From assembly GCA_036676395.1 (NCBI GenBank), contig JAKFCY010000002.1, positions 416,001 to 480,000 of the forward strand: a DNA stretch of 64,000 nt, read 5' to 3'. The position numbers and the translations under genes are program-made. Positions 17,746-28,325 of the stretch are shown here, in pieces. Each line of letters starts with the position of its first letter. Positions within the stretch are counted from its first letter, which is position 1. Source of the DNA: Bdellovibrio sp. (GTDB lineage: Bacteria; Bdellovibrionota; Bdellovibrionia; Bdellovibrionales; Bdellovibrionaceae). A model generated the notes under the pieces. It saw only the letters and a program-made list of their open reading frames with translations, ran no database searches and was not told the origin of the DNA.

Positions 17746-19700
17746 AATCGAAAATAATCACTCTGTTTATTTTTATCTGCGTTCTTTGGTCGGCGTTAAT
17801 ATTTCGTGCGGCCTATTTACAGTTTGTTCCGCACGAAAAATTAAATGCCCTCCAAGAAAAACAATTTCAAACAGTAGTTTCGCTTCCATCTCGCCGCGGC
17901 AGTATTGTTGATCGCAATGGTAAAGATTTAGCGATGTCGTCACCGACGTATTCAATTTACGCTGATCCTAAAATTATCGAAGACCGTAAAGCCACGGCAA
18001 AATTATTAGCTAAAATTTTAAAAGAAAATTCAAACGTAGTTTACGCAAAAATTAAAGATAAATCTAAACGTTTTGTCTGGATTGAAAGATTAGTTTCAGT
18101 TTCACAAGTTGAAGAAATTAAAACTTTTAAAATTCGCGGGCTTGGTTTTGTCGAAGAGTGGAAGCGAGTTTATCCAAATGATCAGTTGTTGGCGACGACA
18201 TTAGGTTTTGTGGGTAAAGAGGGACAGGGCTTAGAAGGCCTAGAGCTTTTTTATGACGAACAATTAAAAGGTGAAAGTAAAAAAGTTTCTATGCGTAAAG
18301 ATGCGCGTGGGCGCCCGTTAATTCAAGACGGAATGCTATTTACAGAAACTCCGCAAGGTAAAGAAATTAAATTAACGATTGATTCTGATTTACAGTACTT
18401 TGTTGAAACAGAATTAAAACAAGCCCTAATTAAACATGATGCTGAGGGTGCTTATGCTGTAGTCCTGGATGCAAAAACTTCGGCGATTCGTGCTATAGCA
18501 AGTCTACCGTCATTTGATTCAAACAATCCGGCGAAAGCAACGCCAGGATTACGCCGTAATCGTTCAGTGACTGACACGTACGAGCCAGGATCAACTCTTA
18601 AAACTTTTGTCATTGCACAAGCTCTAGAAGAAAAAGTTTATCAGGCGAATTCTAAAATCTGGTGCGAAAACGGGGCGTTTAGAATTGGTAAACGTGTTAT
18701 CCGCGAAGCTGAAGCGAATCATTCGCAGGGTTTAATTTCGGTGAGCGAAGTTTTAGCATACTCTTCAAATATTGGAACCAGTAAAATCGCTTTAAAATTA
18801 GGTGATGAAAAACTTCGTCAAGGTTTAATGAAGTTCGGTTTCGGTCAAAAAGCCGGAACTGATCTTCCAGGTGAAGCTAAAGGTATTATCTTAAACCTTC
18901 CTTGGCGCGATCACTTGTTAGCCAATGTTTCTTTCGGTCAGGGGATGACCGCTTCACCATTACAAATGGCCAACGCTTATGCGGCTATTGCCAATGGCGG
19001 AGTGCTAAATGCACCTCATATCGTTGAATCAATCACTGATTTAGAGACGAACAAAACAACTACGACAGAAACAAAACAAATTCGCCGTGTGATTTCAGAA
19101 GAAACTGCTCAGCAAATGCGTTTAATGTTAGCCAGTGTAACTTCAGGAAGAGGTTCTGGGGTATCAGCCCGCGTTGAAGGTTATATCGTAGGCGGTAAAA
19201 CTGGAACCGCCCAGAAGGTGAAATCAGAAGGCCGCGGTTATATTAAAGGCGGCTATATCGGAAGTTTTACTGGATTTATTCCGGCAAATGACCCGCAATA
19301 TGTGATTTATGTAGCCCTAGATTACCCGAAAAAAGGCTACTATGGGTCACAAGTTGCTGGTCCACTTTTTTCTAGTATCGCATCATATGCCGTTCGCCGC
19401 GAAGGTGTTGCTCCTGAAGTTTTAGGCGAGAAAAATATTTCGTCGGTTCCTGTAGCACAAAGCGAAAAGACTGAAAAAGAAGTAGAACAATTTGCGTATG
19501 CAGACTTAAATAATACTACAGCAACGCTTACGACAGTTCCTGATTTTAAAGACTTATCAATTCGCGAGGTTTTGCAAAAAACCGCTAATCAAAATATCAA
19601 ACTTAAAATGATTGGCCGTGGAAAAGTCGAACAAACTCAGCCTGCAGCAGGCGAAGCTTTTGGTGATGATCGCACAATGACTCTAATACTTAAGGAGTAG
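17742..19700 (+). CDS. ftsI: Class B PBP (FtsI/PBP3) with C-terminal PASTA-like domain
   Basis: RGSIVDRNG, EPGSTLK, SSN, KTGTAQ; C-terminal VPDF...QPAAG. Confidence 0.93.
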   Translation: MKSKIITLFIFICVLWSALIFRAAYLQFVPHEKLNALQEKQFQTVVSLPSRRGSIVDRNGKDLAMSSPTYSIYADPKIIEDRKATAKLLAKILKENSNVVYAKIKDKSKRFVWIERLVSVSQVEEIKTFKIRGLGFVEEWKRVYPNDQLLATTLGFVGKEGQGLEGLELFYDEQLKGESKKVSMRKDARGRPLIQDGMLFTETPQGKEIKLTIDSDLQYFVETELKQALIKHDAEGAYAVVLDAKTSAIRAIASLPSFDSNNPAKATPGLRRNRSVTDTYEPGSTLKTFVIAQALEEKVYQANSKIWCENGAFRIGKRVIREAEANHSQGLISVSEVLAYSSNIGTSKIALKLGDEKLRQGLMKFGFGQKAGTDLPGEAKGIILNLPWRDHLLANVSFGQGMTASPLQMANAYAAIANGGVLNAPHIVESITDLETNKTTTTETKQIRRVISEETAQQMRLMLASVTSGRGSGVSARVEGYIVGGKTGTAQKVKSEGRGYIKGGYIGSFTGFIPANDPQYVIYVALDYPKKGYYGSQVAGPLFSSIASYAVRREGVAPEVLGEKNISSVPVAQSEKTEKEVEQFAYADLNNTTATLTTVPDFKDLSIREVLQKTANQNIKLKMIGRGKVEQTQPAAGEAFGDDRTMTLILKE

Positions 19701-19703
19701 TAG

Positions 19704-20438
19704 ATGAAAATTATCCTAGCTAGCTTATTGGCTTTTTCTTGTTCATTCTCAATGGCCGATACTATGCCGGCACTTATTAAAGTCGGAAGTTTTTCTGAAA
19801 AAAACATCGATCCTAATATCATGAATATTAATTTGCAAATCTGGGCTAAAGCAGCAACGGCTTCGCAGGCTCAAGAGATGTCTAATAAACATGTAAAGCG
19901 TATTAAAGAATTAATTGAAAAATTCAAAGTTAAAAAAGAAGACGTGCAAACTGATTATTACAGCGTAACTCCCGAATATGCTTACGAGCACAAAACAGGG
20001 ATCAGCCGCATTCAAGGTTACAGTGCAATGCATTCTATGACGGTCACATTTAAAAATTTAGATCAAGCCGGTCAATTTATTGATCAAGCAGCCCGTGGTG
20101 ATAAAAACGATAAAGAAAAATCTGGTGTAACTATTGGTAACATCGGTTGGGATTCAGATAAAAAAGGCGAAGCCGAAGCAGAATGTATTACTAAAGCGGT
20201 AAAACAGGCTCGTGGCCGTGCAGATGATTTAGCAAAAGCTGCTGGGGTTAAAATCAAGGGCGTTTACATGATCACGAATCAACAGGTTTACGCAAACTAT
20301 GAATCAGCGCCGATGACTGGTGGCTCTCGTGCAAGTAAAATGGAGATGGCTGCAGATGTTGCAAGCCCTACAGAGCTTAGCCCGGGTAAAATTAAAATCC
20401 GCGCCGATGTCAGCATCGATTATTTAATTCAGAATTAA
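19704..20438 (+). CDS. SIMPL (DUF541) periplasmic protein
   Basis: Signal peptide; AVKQARGRADDLAKAAGV and PGKIKIRADVSIDY patterns. Confidence 0.85.
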   Translation: MKIILASLLAFSCSFSMADTMPALIKVGSFSEKNIDPNIMNINLQIWAKAATASQAQEMSNKHVKRIKELIEKFKVKKEDVQTDYYSVTPEYAYEHKTGISRIQGYSAMHSMTVTFKNLDQAGQFIDQAARGDKNDKEKSGVTIGNIGWDSDKKGEAEAECITKAVKQARGRADDLAKAAGVKIKGVYMITNQQVYANYESAPMTGGSRASKMEMAADVASPTELSPGKIKIRADVSIDYLIQN

Positions 20439-20443
20439 CTGCA

Positions 20444-22015
20444 CTAAGCGGAGCGGGATGAATTGTCGCCGTAGACAATCTTTTGCAACCGGCGCACAGC
20501 TAAATCGGTTTGATTTACTTCGTGAGTTGCAATATCTGCTGTTTGCGAACATTCGGTAGCGCTTTTTGAGCTGACAGCTGCGCTAGCGTCGACTTTTTGC
20601 ATGGCTGTATCGATTTCGCGAATTCCGATAGATTGTTCTTGTGCAGCTTCACTGATTTGGCGTGTAAGACCTGCAATGTGTTCAACTGTCGAAGACAACT
20701 GTTCAAAAAGCGATACGCAGCTATTAGCAATTCGCTGTCCATTTGCTGTTTTCTCGACGCTTTGGCTGGTCATGTTTTTAACCGAAGATAAAGTCTGGGT
20801 AATGATTTCAGAAACTCGAGAATCACTTTGCTGTAAAATGCTTTCGATTTCGCGCGCCGCATTTCCGCTGGAAACTGCAAGGTTTGAAACTTCTTCGGCG
20901 ACGACAGCAAAACCTTTTCCGGCCTCACCGGCACGAGCCGCTTCTACGCTGGCATTGAATGATAAAAGTTTAGTTTGAAAAACGATATCATTGATTGCAG
21001 CTGTTTTTAATTTAATATCGTTCATGAGCATCACAATTTCGCTCAGGCCTTCGGTATTTTCTTGGATTTGCTCTGTCAAATCAGCATTCGATTCTTTAAT
21101 GGTCTCAAAAGCTCCCAGCATGTCTCGTAAGGCGTTTTTGCCTTCTTGTGACAGCTGTAAACCGGTTTCGACTAATTTAGTGTTTTGTGATGCATTGTCA
21201 GAAGTTCTTGCGATCATTGATGTAATTTCAGATGTGGCGGCAACAGTTTGTGCTATGGCGGTAGCTTGTTCGTGTGATGCTGCACTTAGATTGTTGCTAG
21301 ATTCACGTAAGCGCTCAGACTGGTCTTTTACAGATTGCGAACTGTTCATCAAATTCGTTGAAATGTCGACCAGATCCACGGTAATTTTTTTCGCTAAATA
21401 CCACGCTAAAAATAATCCGCCAAAAACCAACGCTACACATAAAGTCATAGTGAATAGTTTTGATTTTTGCTGAACGGCTAGGGCTTCTTTACTCCACAGT
21501 TCGCCTAGTGCCACGATAATATCATCTAATTCTAATAATGTTTTTTGATGAGTAGCGACTTTGTTATTCAAATCATTAATAACTTCAGTCGGTAGTCGTT
21601 TGGTTTTGTCTTTCTCTAACCCAGTCAATAAGGTACGAGCGATATTTGCAACTTCATTCCAGTGTTTTTCAGTACGGTCATAAGTTGCTTTTTCGTCGCT
21701 CGTGCTAAAGCCACGGCTAGCATACTCTTTTGCAATTTCTTCGTACCGATTGACAGCCTTATTTAAGCTAGCGACATTTTTATCGCGGTTTTTCTCATCC
21801 ATGCCATCTAAATTTAAAACTAAAATTTCGGTATGGGTTTGACGGCCACGATTTCTTAATCCAGATAGATCACCCAATTTAGGAACAATTTGTGAAATTA
21901 ATAAATTGTACTTTTTTGCAATGGTATTGAATCCATAAATAGTCGCTGTAGAGCTGATTCCAATACCGAATACTAAAACTAAAAAAGTTAATAAGAGTCT
22001 GTGCTTTAACGACAT
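20444..22015 (-). CDS. Methyl-accepting chemotaxis protein
   Basis: Two TMs flanking a helical sensor domain; [30 protein letters not shown] hairpin tip. Confidence 0.95.
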   Translation of the reverse strand: MSLKHRLLLTFLVLVFGIGISSTATIYGFNTIAKKYNLLISQIVPKLGDLSGLRNRGRQTHTEILVLNLDGMDEKNRDKNVASLNKAVNRYEEIAKEYASRGFSTSDEKATYDRTEKHWNEVANIARTLLTGLEKDKTKRLPTEVINDLNNKVATHQKTLLELDDIIVALGELWSKEALAVQQKSKLFTMTLCVALVFGGLFLAWYLAKKITVDLVDISTNLMNSSQSVKDQSERLRESSNNLSAASHEQATAIAQTVAATSEITSMIARTSDNASQNTKLVETGLQLSQEGKNALRDMLGAFETIKESNADLTEQIQENTEGLSEIVMLMNDIKLKTAAINDIVFQTKLLSFNASVEAARAGEAGKGFAVVAEEVSNLAVSSGNAAREIESILQQSDSRVSEIITQTLSSVKNMTSQSVEKTANGQRIANSCVSLFEQLSSTVEHIAGLTRQISEAAQEQSIGIREIDTAMQKVDASAAVSSKSATECSQTADIATHEVNQTDLAVRRLQKIVYGDNSSRSA

Positions 22016-22036
22016 AATTCCCTCGATGATGACAGT

Positions 22037-22064
22037 GTTTCGGAATTAGTTATGTTGAAATTTA
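22037..22064 (-). promoter_or_regulatory. Sigma28-like promoter of the MCP gene
   Basis: Minus strand TAAA-N16-TCCGAAAC. Confidence 0.5.
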
Positions 22065-22129
22065 GTCGAAAGAATGGTCGCTTTAAAATCTGGACTCAAT
22101 TGTGAAGACATTGTTAAATGTTTATATAA

Positions 22130-22927
22130 TTAACTACTGGCGCTGGAATAAAAGCGCATACAAAACTTCCAGTACCAATTCATAAAAGTTAAAAGTAAAA
22201 TGGGCATGACAAGTGCCCAAGCGATAAACCCTAACTGAATAGGTTCTAATAAGAATCTTGTAGGGATTGACGCCACCATCGCAAATGGCAACACGAACAA
22301 TAGAACATATCGCAAAAACCCTTTGTAAATTGCATCAGGGCGTAAACCTAAACGAAAAATACTATACCAAACATATTGCAAAAAATCGGCGCGCGAAAAG
22401 ATAATCGCGGTCGAGTTTAAAGCCAGTCGGCCCACAAAAATAACACTTAATCCTGAAGGGATTAATAGAAATAACCAAAACAGGCGATACCAACTAAAAT
22501 CAGGAATTGCTTGCAGGGCCCAGATTAAACCTGCGCCAGTAAATACTAAACACGGTAAATGGGAAATTGAAACCTTTTGTGAACTGATCATAAACATCGA
22601 ATTCACAGGTTTAGTTAACAATAAATCCAGATTTCCTTTTCTGACTTCATCGTTAAATTTAGAAAAATTTGGATCCCATAAAATCATGTAAATTGAATCG
22701 ACAAACAACGCTAAAAATACGAATACGCGCATTTGCTCCAGAGTCCAATCGCCGATGATGTTCGTGTGGCGATAAATTACTTCATATAATAAAAGCTGGG
22801 TGCCGTACCAAATACATTCACCAGCCACTAATAAAAGAAAGTTTAAACGAAACTCAAGATCTGCCACTAAACTGGCTTTAAAAAAAGCGCGGTATAAACC
22901 TAAATATTTTAAAAGGTTTTGTATCAT
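22130..22927 (-). CDS. ABC-2 type permease (DUF990-like)
   Basis: EFRLNF and GNLDLLLTKP motifs, multi-TM; TAATG coupling with the upstream gene places the start at 22927. Confidence 0.85.
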   Translation of the reverse strand: MIQNLLKYLGLYRAFFKASLVADLEFRLNFLLLVAGECIWYGTQLLLYEVIYRHTNIIGDWTLEQMRVFVFLALFVDSIYMILWDPNFSKFNDEVRKGNLDLLLTKPVNSMFMISSQKVSISHLPCLVFTGAGLIWALQAIPDFSWYRLFWLFLLIPSGLSVIFVGRLALNSTAIIFSRADFLQYVWYSIFRLGLRPDAIYKGFLRYVLLFVLPFAMVASIPTRFLLEPIQLGFIAWALVMPILLLTFMNWYWKFCMRFYSSASS

Positions 22928-23751
22928 TAGGCACCGGTCCCGGTGTAGGATTGCAAACCTTTGCGCCAAAGGACGGCACCAATGATGACAGCTACAACCA
23001 TAGAAATCGTTACGGAGATAAAGCTTTGTAAAACTAAATCAGAATCTGCACGGCCCGTGATATATGCCACCGGAGTATAAACACCGGCTGGAAAAGGCGA
23101 CAATAATAAAATTTTAGCAATCGCAGGAGGCATTAAATCAATAGGCACAAGTTCACCGGCCAGTAGCCACAGGGTTAAGTTTTTTACTAAGGTCAGAGAG
23201 CGAACGCGGGTCATGTAAAAGGCGAAAGTTGAAATTACAAAACTCAACGTGTGCACTAAAAATAAATAATAGAAAACTAATGCAATCGCCATCGGCAGAC
23301 GTGAATAATGAACCGGTAAATCGAAAAATAAAGATACGGCTAGTGGGGCAATCATTGAAATCAACGTGGTTGTGACTTTATAACCCATTAATTGTGATAG
23401 GTAATATTCATAAAAACTAATTGGGCGGGTAAGAATCACATTAATTGAACCGCTGGCGACTTCTTCGACCATCATTGATTCATACATCCAACTGACGGCA
23501 ATGCGGCCTAAAAATGGCGCCCATACTCCATAAGCTAAATAATTATCACGGCCAAAGCCACCGATTTGAACCGCATTGGCGGTTTCAAAGATGGCAAACC
23601 ACATTAGTAGTTCGATCCCTACCGTAATTAACGGTTGAACGAACGCATCAATGAAAAAATTGAAGCGGTATTCTAAATTTGAAACGATAGCAAGCTCGCT
23701 AAATGCGAGATTCCTTCGCCAAAAAGCGATGAATAACTTCTTCAAAATCAA
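22927..23751 (-). CDS. ABC-2 type permease (DUF990-like)
   Basis: EYRFNF and GSINVILTRP motifs, multi-TM; start uncertain. Confidence 0.85.
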   Translation of the reverse strand: MILKKLFIAFWRRNLAFSELAIVSNLEYRFNFFIDAFVQPLITVGIELLMWFAIFETANAVQIGGFGRDNYLAYGVWAPFLGRIAVSWMYESMMVEEVASGSINVILTRPISFYEYYLSQLMGYKVTTTLISMIAPLAVSLFFDLPVHYSRLPMAIALVFYYLFLVHTLSFVISTFAFYMTRVRSLTLVKNLTLWLLAGELVPIDLMPPAIAKILLLSPFPAGVYTPVAYITGRADSDLVLQSFISVTISMVVAVIIGAVLWRKGLQSYTGTGA

Positions 23752-24637
23752 CCTCTTCGATTTTTAGATTAACAACTTCACCAGACTTGACCACTTCGTT
23801 CAGTTTTTCTGATAGTTCTGAGTCCTGAAAAATCAGCTCACGTTCCTGTAGGTCATTTTTATAACGATAAATTAGTTTTTTGCTGGTCTCTGTGGTTTGC
23901 GAAAAGCGCTTCACAGTGCCGTCATAAACCATCTCACCTTTAGAAATTAATAATAAACGATCAGCAAGCTGGGCAATATCATCCATATAGTGAGATGTTA
24001 AAATCACTACTGGTTTATAATCTCGAACATACGATGCCAGAAAATCACGAATCGCACTTTGGGCGACGATATCTAAACCAATGGTTGGTTCATCTAAGAA
24101 TAAAACTTTTGGATTATGCAGTAACGAGCCGATGATTTCCATTTTCATACGTTCACCAAGGCTTAGGCGGCGTAACTGGGTATCAAGTACATGTTGGCAA
24201 GAAAGCATATCAGCTAAATCACTGACGCGTTTTTTTGCGGTATTAACATCGATGTCATAAATTTTTGTTAATAACGAATAACTATCACGCGCAGAAATAT
24301 CCCACCACAGTTGATTTTTTTGTCCGAGTAACAAACTCATTTGACGTAAAAATTCAGTTTCACGCTTCCACGGTTCGAAGCCTAAAACTTTCACCGAACC
24401 TTGTGTTGGGTAAATAAGGCCCGATAAGATTTTTAAAAGCGTAGTTTTGCCAGCGCCGTTAGAACCAACAAGGCCTATGATTTGGCCGCCTTCGATTTCA
24501 AGGTTTACATTTTTTAAGGCAGGTTTTGCCGTGTATTCACGATTCCAAAAACCTTTAATCGAATTTAAGACACCTTCTTTTTTTTGGTAGGTCTTATATT
24601 CGCGTCCTAAGTTTTGCGTTTCGATCACGAAGCTCAT
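23699..24637 (-). CDS. ABC transporter ATP-binding protein
   Basis: Walker A GSNGAGKT, signature LSLGE, Walker B FLDEPT, H-loop. Confidence 0.95.
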   Translation of the reverse strand: MSFVIETQNLGREYKTYQKKEGVLNSIKGFWNREYTAKPALKNVNLEIEGGQIIGLVGSNGAGKTTLLKILSGLIYPTQGSVKVLGFEPWKRETEFLRQMSLLLGQKNQLWWDISARDSYSLLTKIYDIDVNTAKKRVSDLADMLSCQHVLDTQLRRLSLGERMKMEIIGSLLHNPKVLFLDEPTIGLDIVAQSAIRDFLASYVRDYKPVVILTSHYMDDIAQLADRLLLISKGEMVYDGTVKRFSQTTETSKKLIYRYKNDLQERELIFQDSELSEKLNEVVKSGEVVNLKIEEVDFEEVIHRFLAKESRI

Positions 24638-25290
24638 ATTAATCCGTTAATGTATTGGCTAATGCCGTTTAAAACTTTCGGGGGAATTTCATGGCCACCA
24701 GAAAAGCTGACAAATTGAGTTTCTAAACCTTTTTGTTTACAAAGGTTTAATAATTTTTGCGTGCCTTTAGCGGGCAGCACTTGATCATTTTCGCCGTGAG
24801 ATAAAAAGATTTTAGCCCCTTTGCGGTTTTCTAGTTTTTGTGTCCATTCGGTCTGACGAATTAAACTTCCAGACATGCTAACTAAGCCCAATGGAGTTTC
24901 AGGTGCTTGTAAATAAATTTCTGTGGCCAACATTGCTCCTTGAGAAAATCCACCTAAAATAATTTTATTCCAAGGAATTTTTAAATCAGTGATCATTTTC
25001 ATAATCGCTGGAATTAAAGCATCCATTGACTCAGGAGTGTAATCACTCCAGTCGCTTGGAAGCGAACTTAAAGTTAATGGCCACCAGGCGCGGCCTGTCC
25101 AGCCAGGGCCAATCGGAACTTCAAATACACCATTTGGAAAACGGTAATTTACTGCACCCTTTAAATGAATATGCTCTTTTAAACTTTCAAGATCATGGGC
25201 ATCAGCCCCGAAGCCATGAAAGAAGATTATCCACGGACAGTCCGCAGCGTCAGTCGGGTGGTCAAAATACTGTATACGTTTGAAGTTCAT
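24634..25290 (-). CDS. Phospholipase/carboxylesterase (alpha/beta hydrolase)
   Basis: HGFG, GFSQG nucleophile elbow, HGEND, GGHEI. Confidence 0.9.
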   Translation of the reverse strand: MNFKRIQYFDHPTDAADCPWIIFFHGFGADAHDLESLKEHIHLKGAVNYRFPNGVFEVPIGPGWTGRAWWPLTLSSLPSDWSDYTPESMDALIPAIMKMITDLKIPWNKIILGGFSQGAMLATEIYLQAPETPLGLVSMSGSLIRQTEWTQKLENRKGAKIFLSHGENDQVLPAKGTQKLLNLCKQKGLETQFVSFSGGHEIPPKVLNGISQYINGLI

Positions 25291-25315
25291 AAGAAAGTAT
25301 CCTATGCTTTTTGCA

Positions 25316-26809
25316 ATGAAACTGCAGCAGTTATTATCGATCGATACAGCACAGAATGTTAGAACAGATCTAGAGCAAATCCTGCAAACCGAAGTGAGCG
25401 GCCTTTATTTTGATGCTCGCCAGGTTCAACAAGGCTCTGTTTTCGTAGCTATTAAGGGTAATCAAACCGATGGCCACCAATATATTGGCGATGCGATAAA
25501 AGCTGGTGCGATTGCCGTCGTTGTTGAAGATGAAACTTTTGTGCCTAAAGATTATAACGGGTATGTATACCCCGTGCCAGATACACGTCAGATGCTGGAT
25601 TTGCTGGCAGCACGATTTTATGATTACCCGTCGCAAAAACTTTTTTGTTTCGGCGTGACAGGCACAAACGGAAAAACCTCAATTACTTATCTTCTTGAAC
25701 ATATTTTAAATGCTAAAAATAAAACCACTGGTGTGATCGGTACTGTCAATCACCGGGTCGGAAATAAAACTTGGGAAAACCAAGGCACAACGCCAGATCC
25801 CGTTACCTTGCAAAGTCGTCTGCATGATTTTGTTAAAGAAGGTGCAGTGGCGGCTGCTTTAGAAGTGACGTCACATGCCCTGGATCAACGCCGTGCTGAT
25901 AGCGTGCATTTTAATACGGTGATCTTTACGAATTTGACTCACGATCATTTAGATTATCACAAAGATATGAAGCATTATTTTGAATCAAAACAAAAATTGT
26001 TCACTGATTTAATGTGGTCTTCGTTAAAGCGTCCGTTATTCGCCGTGATTAACATCGATGATGAATACGGCAGAAAATTAAAATTAGCAGAACCTGTGTT
26101 AGGTTGGACGTACGGGCAACAAGAATCTGATTTTCAATTTAAAATTTTAAAAATGGATTTCGCTGAAACTGAATTCGAATTAAAAACGCCTCTTGAAATT
26201 TTAACAGTAAAAGTGCCGCTGACTGGTGTTCACACGATTTACAATGTTGTGGCAAGTCTGGCAGCTGGGCTTACAAGCGGAATTACCTTAGAGCAAGGCA
26301 TTAAAGCGCTCATGGATTTTCAAGGCATACCCGGCCGTTTACAAAAAGTGGTGCATGCTTCGGATAAAATAGTTTTTATTGATTACGCCCATACGCCGGA
26401 TGCGCTTGAAAATTCGTTAAAATCTTTATTAAAAGTAAAAACTGACGCCAAACTTTCAAACCAAATCATCACGGTATTCGGATGTGGTGGTGATCGCGAT
26501 AAAACAAAACGTCCAAAGATGGCTGAGATCGCTGCGCGTTTAAGTGATTACGTGTTTTTAACTTCAGATAATCCGCGCAGCGAAGACCCAAATGCAATTT
26601 TAGCAGACGCAGAACTGGGTTTTCCCCCAGGTTTTAAAAACTATACTAAAGAAGTAGATCGTGAAATCGCGATTCAGCAAGCAATCAACATGGCAAAAAC
26701 TGGCGATGTGGTTCTGATCGCTGGCAAGGGTCACGAAGACTATCAAATCATCGGTACGACAAAAACTCATTTCAGTGATTACGAAAAAGCTGAGAAATAT
26801 TTGGGATAA
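25316..26809 (+). CDS. murE: UDP-MurNAc-Ala-Glu:meso-DAP ligase
   Basis: GVTGTNGKT, DYAHTPDA, DNPR (DAP specificity), AGKGHE. Start taken as ATG 25316 (alternative 25304). Confidence 0.95.
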   Translation: MKLQQLLSIDTAQNVRTDLEQILQTEVSGLYFDARQVQQGSVFVAIKGNQTDGHQYIGDAIKAGAIAVVVEDETFVPKDYNGYVYPVPDTRQMLDLLAARFYDYPSQKLFCFGVTGTNGKTSITYLLEHILNAKNKTTGVIGTVNHRVGNKTWENQGTTPDPVTLQSRLHDFVKEGAVAAALEVTSHALDQRRADSVHFNTVIFTNLTHDHLDYHKDMKHYFESKQKLFTDLMWSSLKRPLFAVINIDDEYGRKLKLAEPVLGWTYGQQESDFQFKILKMDFAETEFELKTPLEILTVKVPLTGVHTIYNVVASLAAGLTSGITLEQGIKALMDFQGIPGRLQKVVHASDKIVFIDYAHTPDALENSLKSLLKVKTDAKLSNQIITVFGCGGDRDKTKRPKMAEIAARLSDYVFLTSDNPRSEDPNAILADAELGFPPGFKNYTKEVDREIAIQQAINMAKTGDVVLIAGKGHEDYQIIGTTKTHFSDYEKAEKYLG

Positions 26810-26811
26810 TT

Positions 26812-28230
26812 ATGGCGCCAACATGGACTTTTGAGCAAATTGCTCAATGGACAAACGGAAAAATTCTATCAATGCATCAGACATCTTTTTCGGAAGTCGG
26901 TACCGATACCCGTAAAGATATGACGAAGCAGGTGTTCGTTGCTCTTAAAGGAGATAATTACGATGCCCATGATTATCTGGATAAAGCTGTTGAAAAAGGT
27001 GCAGGCTTACTTTTAGTTCACCGCTTAGATGCAAAATTTGAAAATCTGAAAGATAAAGTCAGCATTATTCTGGTTGATGACACACTTAAAGGTTTACAAA
27101 ATTTCAGTCATGGTTATCGTGGCACTTTAACGACTAAAATTATTGGTATCACTGGATCAAACGGTAAAACTACAACTAAAGAATTTACTGCAGCAATTTT
27201 AAATCAATATAAAAAAACCCACTTTAATCAAGGAAGCTTTAATAACCATTGGGGTGTGCCGTTGACCTTATTGCAAATTCCTACAGATGCAGCTTTTGCT
27301 ATTGTTGAAATGGGAATGAATCATGCCGGAGAAATCAGAGAACTGGTGAAGATCGCAGACCCGGATGTGGTAGTTTGTACGATGGTCGGCCGAGCCCACA
27401 TGGAGTACTTTGGCACTCAGAAAAAAATCGCTGAAGCTAAAGCTGAAATTTACATGGATTCGCGTGAAGACGCCATTCGTGTATTTAACCAAGACCAAGA
27501 TTTAACTTTTGATATGATGTACCCCATTGCCAAGAAATATCCGGCAAGCCGCATGTTAAGTTTTTCTGAATTAAATAAAGATGCTGATGTATTTTTTAAA
27601 GTCGATGAAATTTCAGCAAGTGGTTTAAAAATTTCGGGCAATATTGCAGCCAACTGGGGATCAGCAACAGTTCCTGTTTTTGGTAAACACAATTTAACAA
27701 ATTTATTAGCTGCTGCCAATTTAGCTTTCGCTGTGGGAATGCCTGCAGAAAAAATCTGGCAGGCCTTGCCGGCGTGTAAATCGACTTGGGGAAGAAATCA
27801 ATTTGTTGAATCAGCTATTGGTGTGAAAATCCTATTTGATGGTTACAACGCCAACCCTGATAGCATGAAAGCACTTTTAGAAAACATGTTGCTACTAAAA
27901 ACCGAAGGGCAAAAAATTGGCGTTTTCGGGCAAATGAAAGAGCTTGGCGCCGAAGCTCCAGAAATGCATCGTGAGCTGGCGATTGCAGCTTCGATGAGCG
28001 GATATGATTTTATTTATTTCATCGGCGAAAACTTTCATGATTTTGAAGCCGGTTTAAAACACACTGATTTTAAAAACTATAAAGTGGATGCGGATTTGAC
28101 TGAATCTATGGGGCAGCATTTTGTGACCCATATTCGCTCAGGTGATTTGATCACCATCAAAGGCTCGCGTGGCGCTAAAACTGAGCGCTTTGTCGAATTG
28201 TGTGATCCAATTAACTGGGAAAAGAAGTAA
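26812..28230 (+). CDS. murF: UDP-MurNAc-tripeptide:D-Ala-D-Ala ligase
   Basis: GSNGKTTTKE, EMGMNHAGEI, DGYNANP, KGSRG. Confidence 0.95.
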   Translation: MAPTWTFEQIAQWTNGKILSMHQTSFSEVGTDTRKDMTKQVFVALKGDNYDAHDYLDKAVEKGAGLLLVHRLDAKFENLKDKVSIILVDDTLKGLQNFSHGYRGTLTTKIIGITGSNGKTTTKEFTAAILNQYKKTHFNQGSFNNHWGVPLTLLQIPTDAAFAIVEMGMNHAGEIRELVKIADPDVVVCTMVGRAHMEYFGTQKKIAEAKAEIYMDSREDAIRVFNQDQDLTFDMMYPIAKKYPASRMLSFSELNKDADVFFKVDEISASGLKISGNIAANWGSATVPVFGKHNLTNLLAAANLAFAVGMPAEKIWQALPACKSTWGRNQFVESAIGVKILFDGYNANPDSMKALLENMLLLKTEGQKIGVFGQMKELGAEAPEMHRELAIAASMSGYDFIYFIGENFHDFEAGLKHTDFKNYKVDADLTESMGQHFVTHIRSGDLITIKGSRGAKTERFVELCDPINWEKK

Positions 28231-28325
28231 TCTAGACTAATCCTTAGTCTTAAAGACAAAACGGTTGTTTATTTTAGTAAACAAAAACGCCGATCTGAAT
28301 GGGGTAAAAACCACGGAGTCGGCTC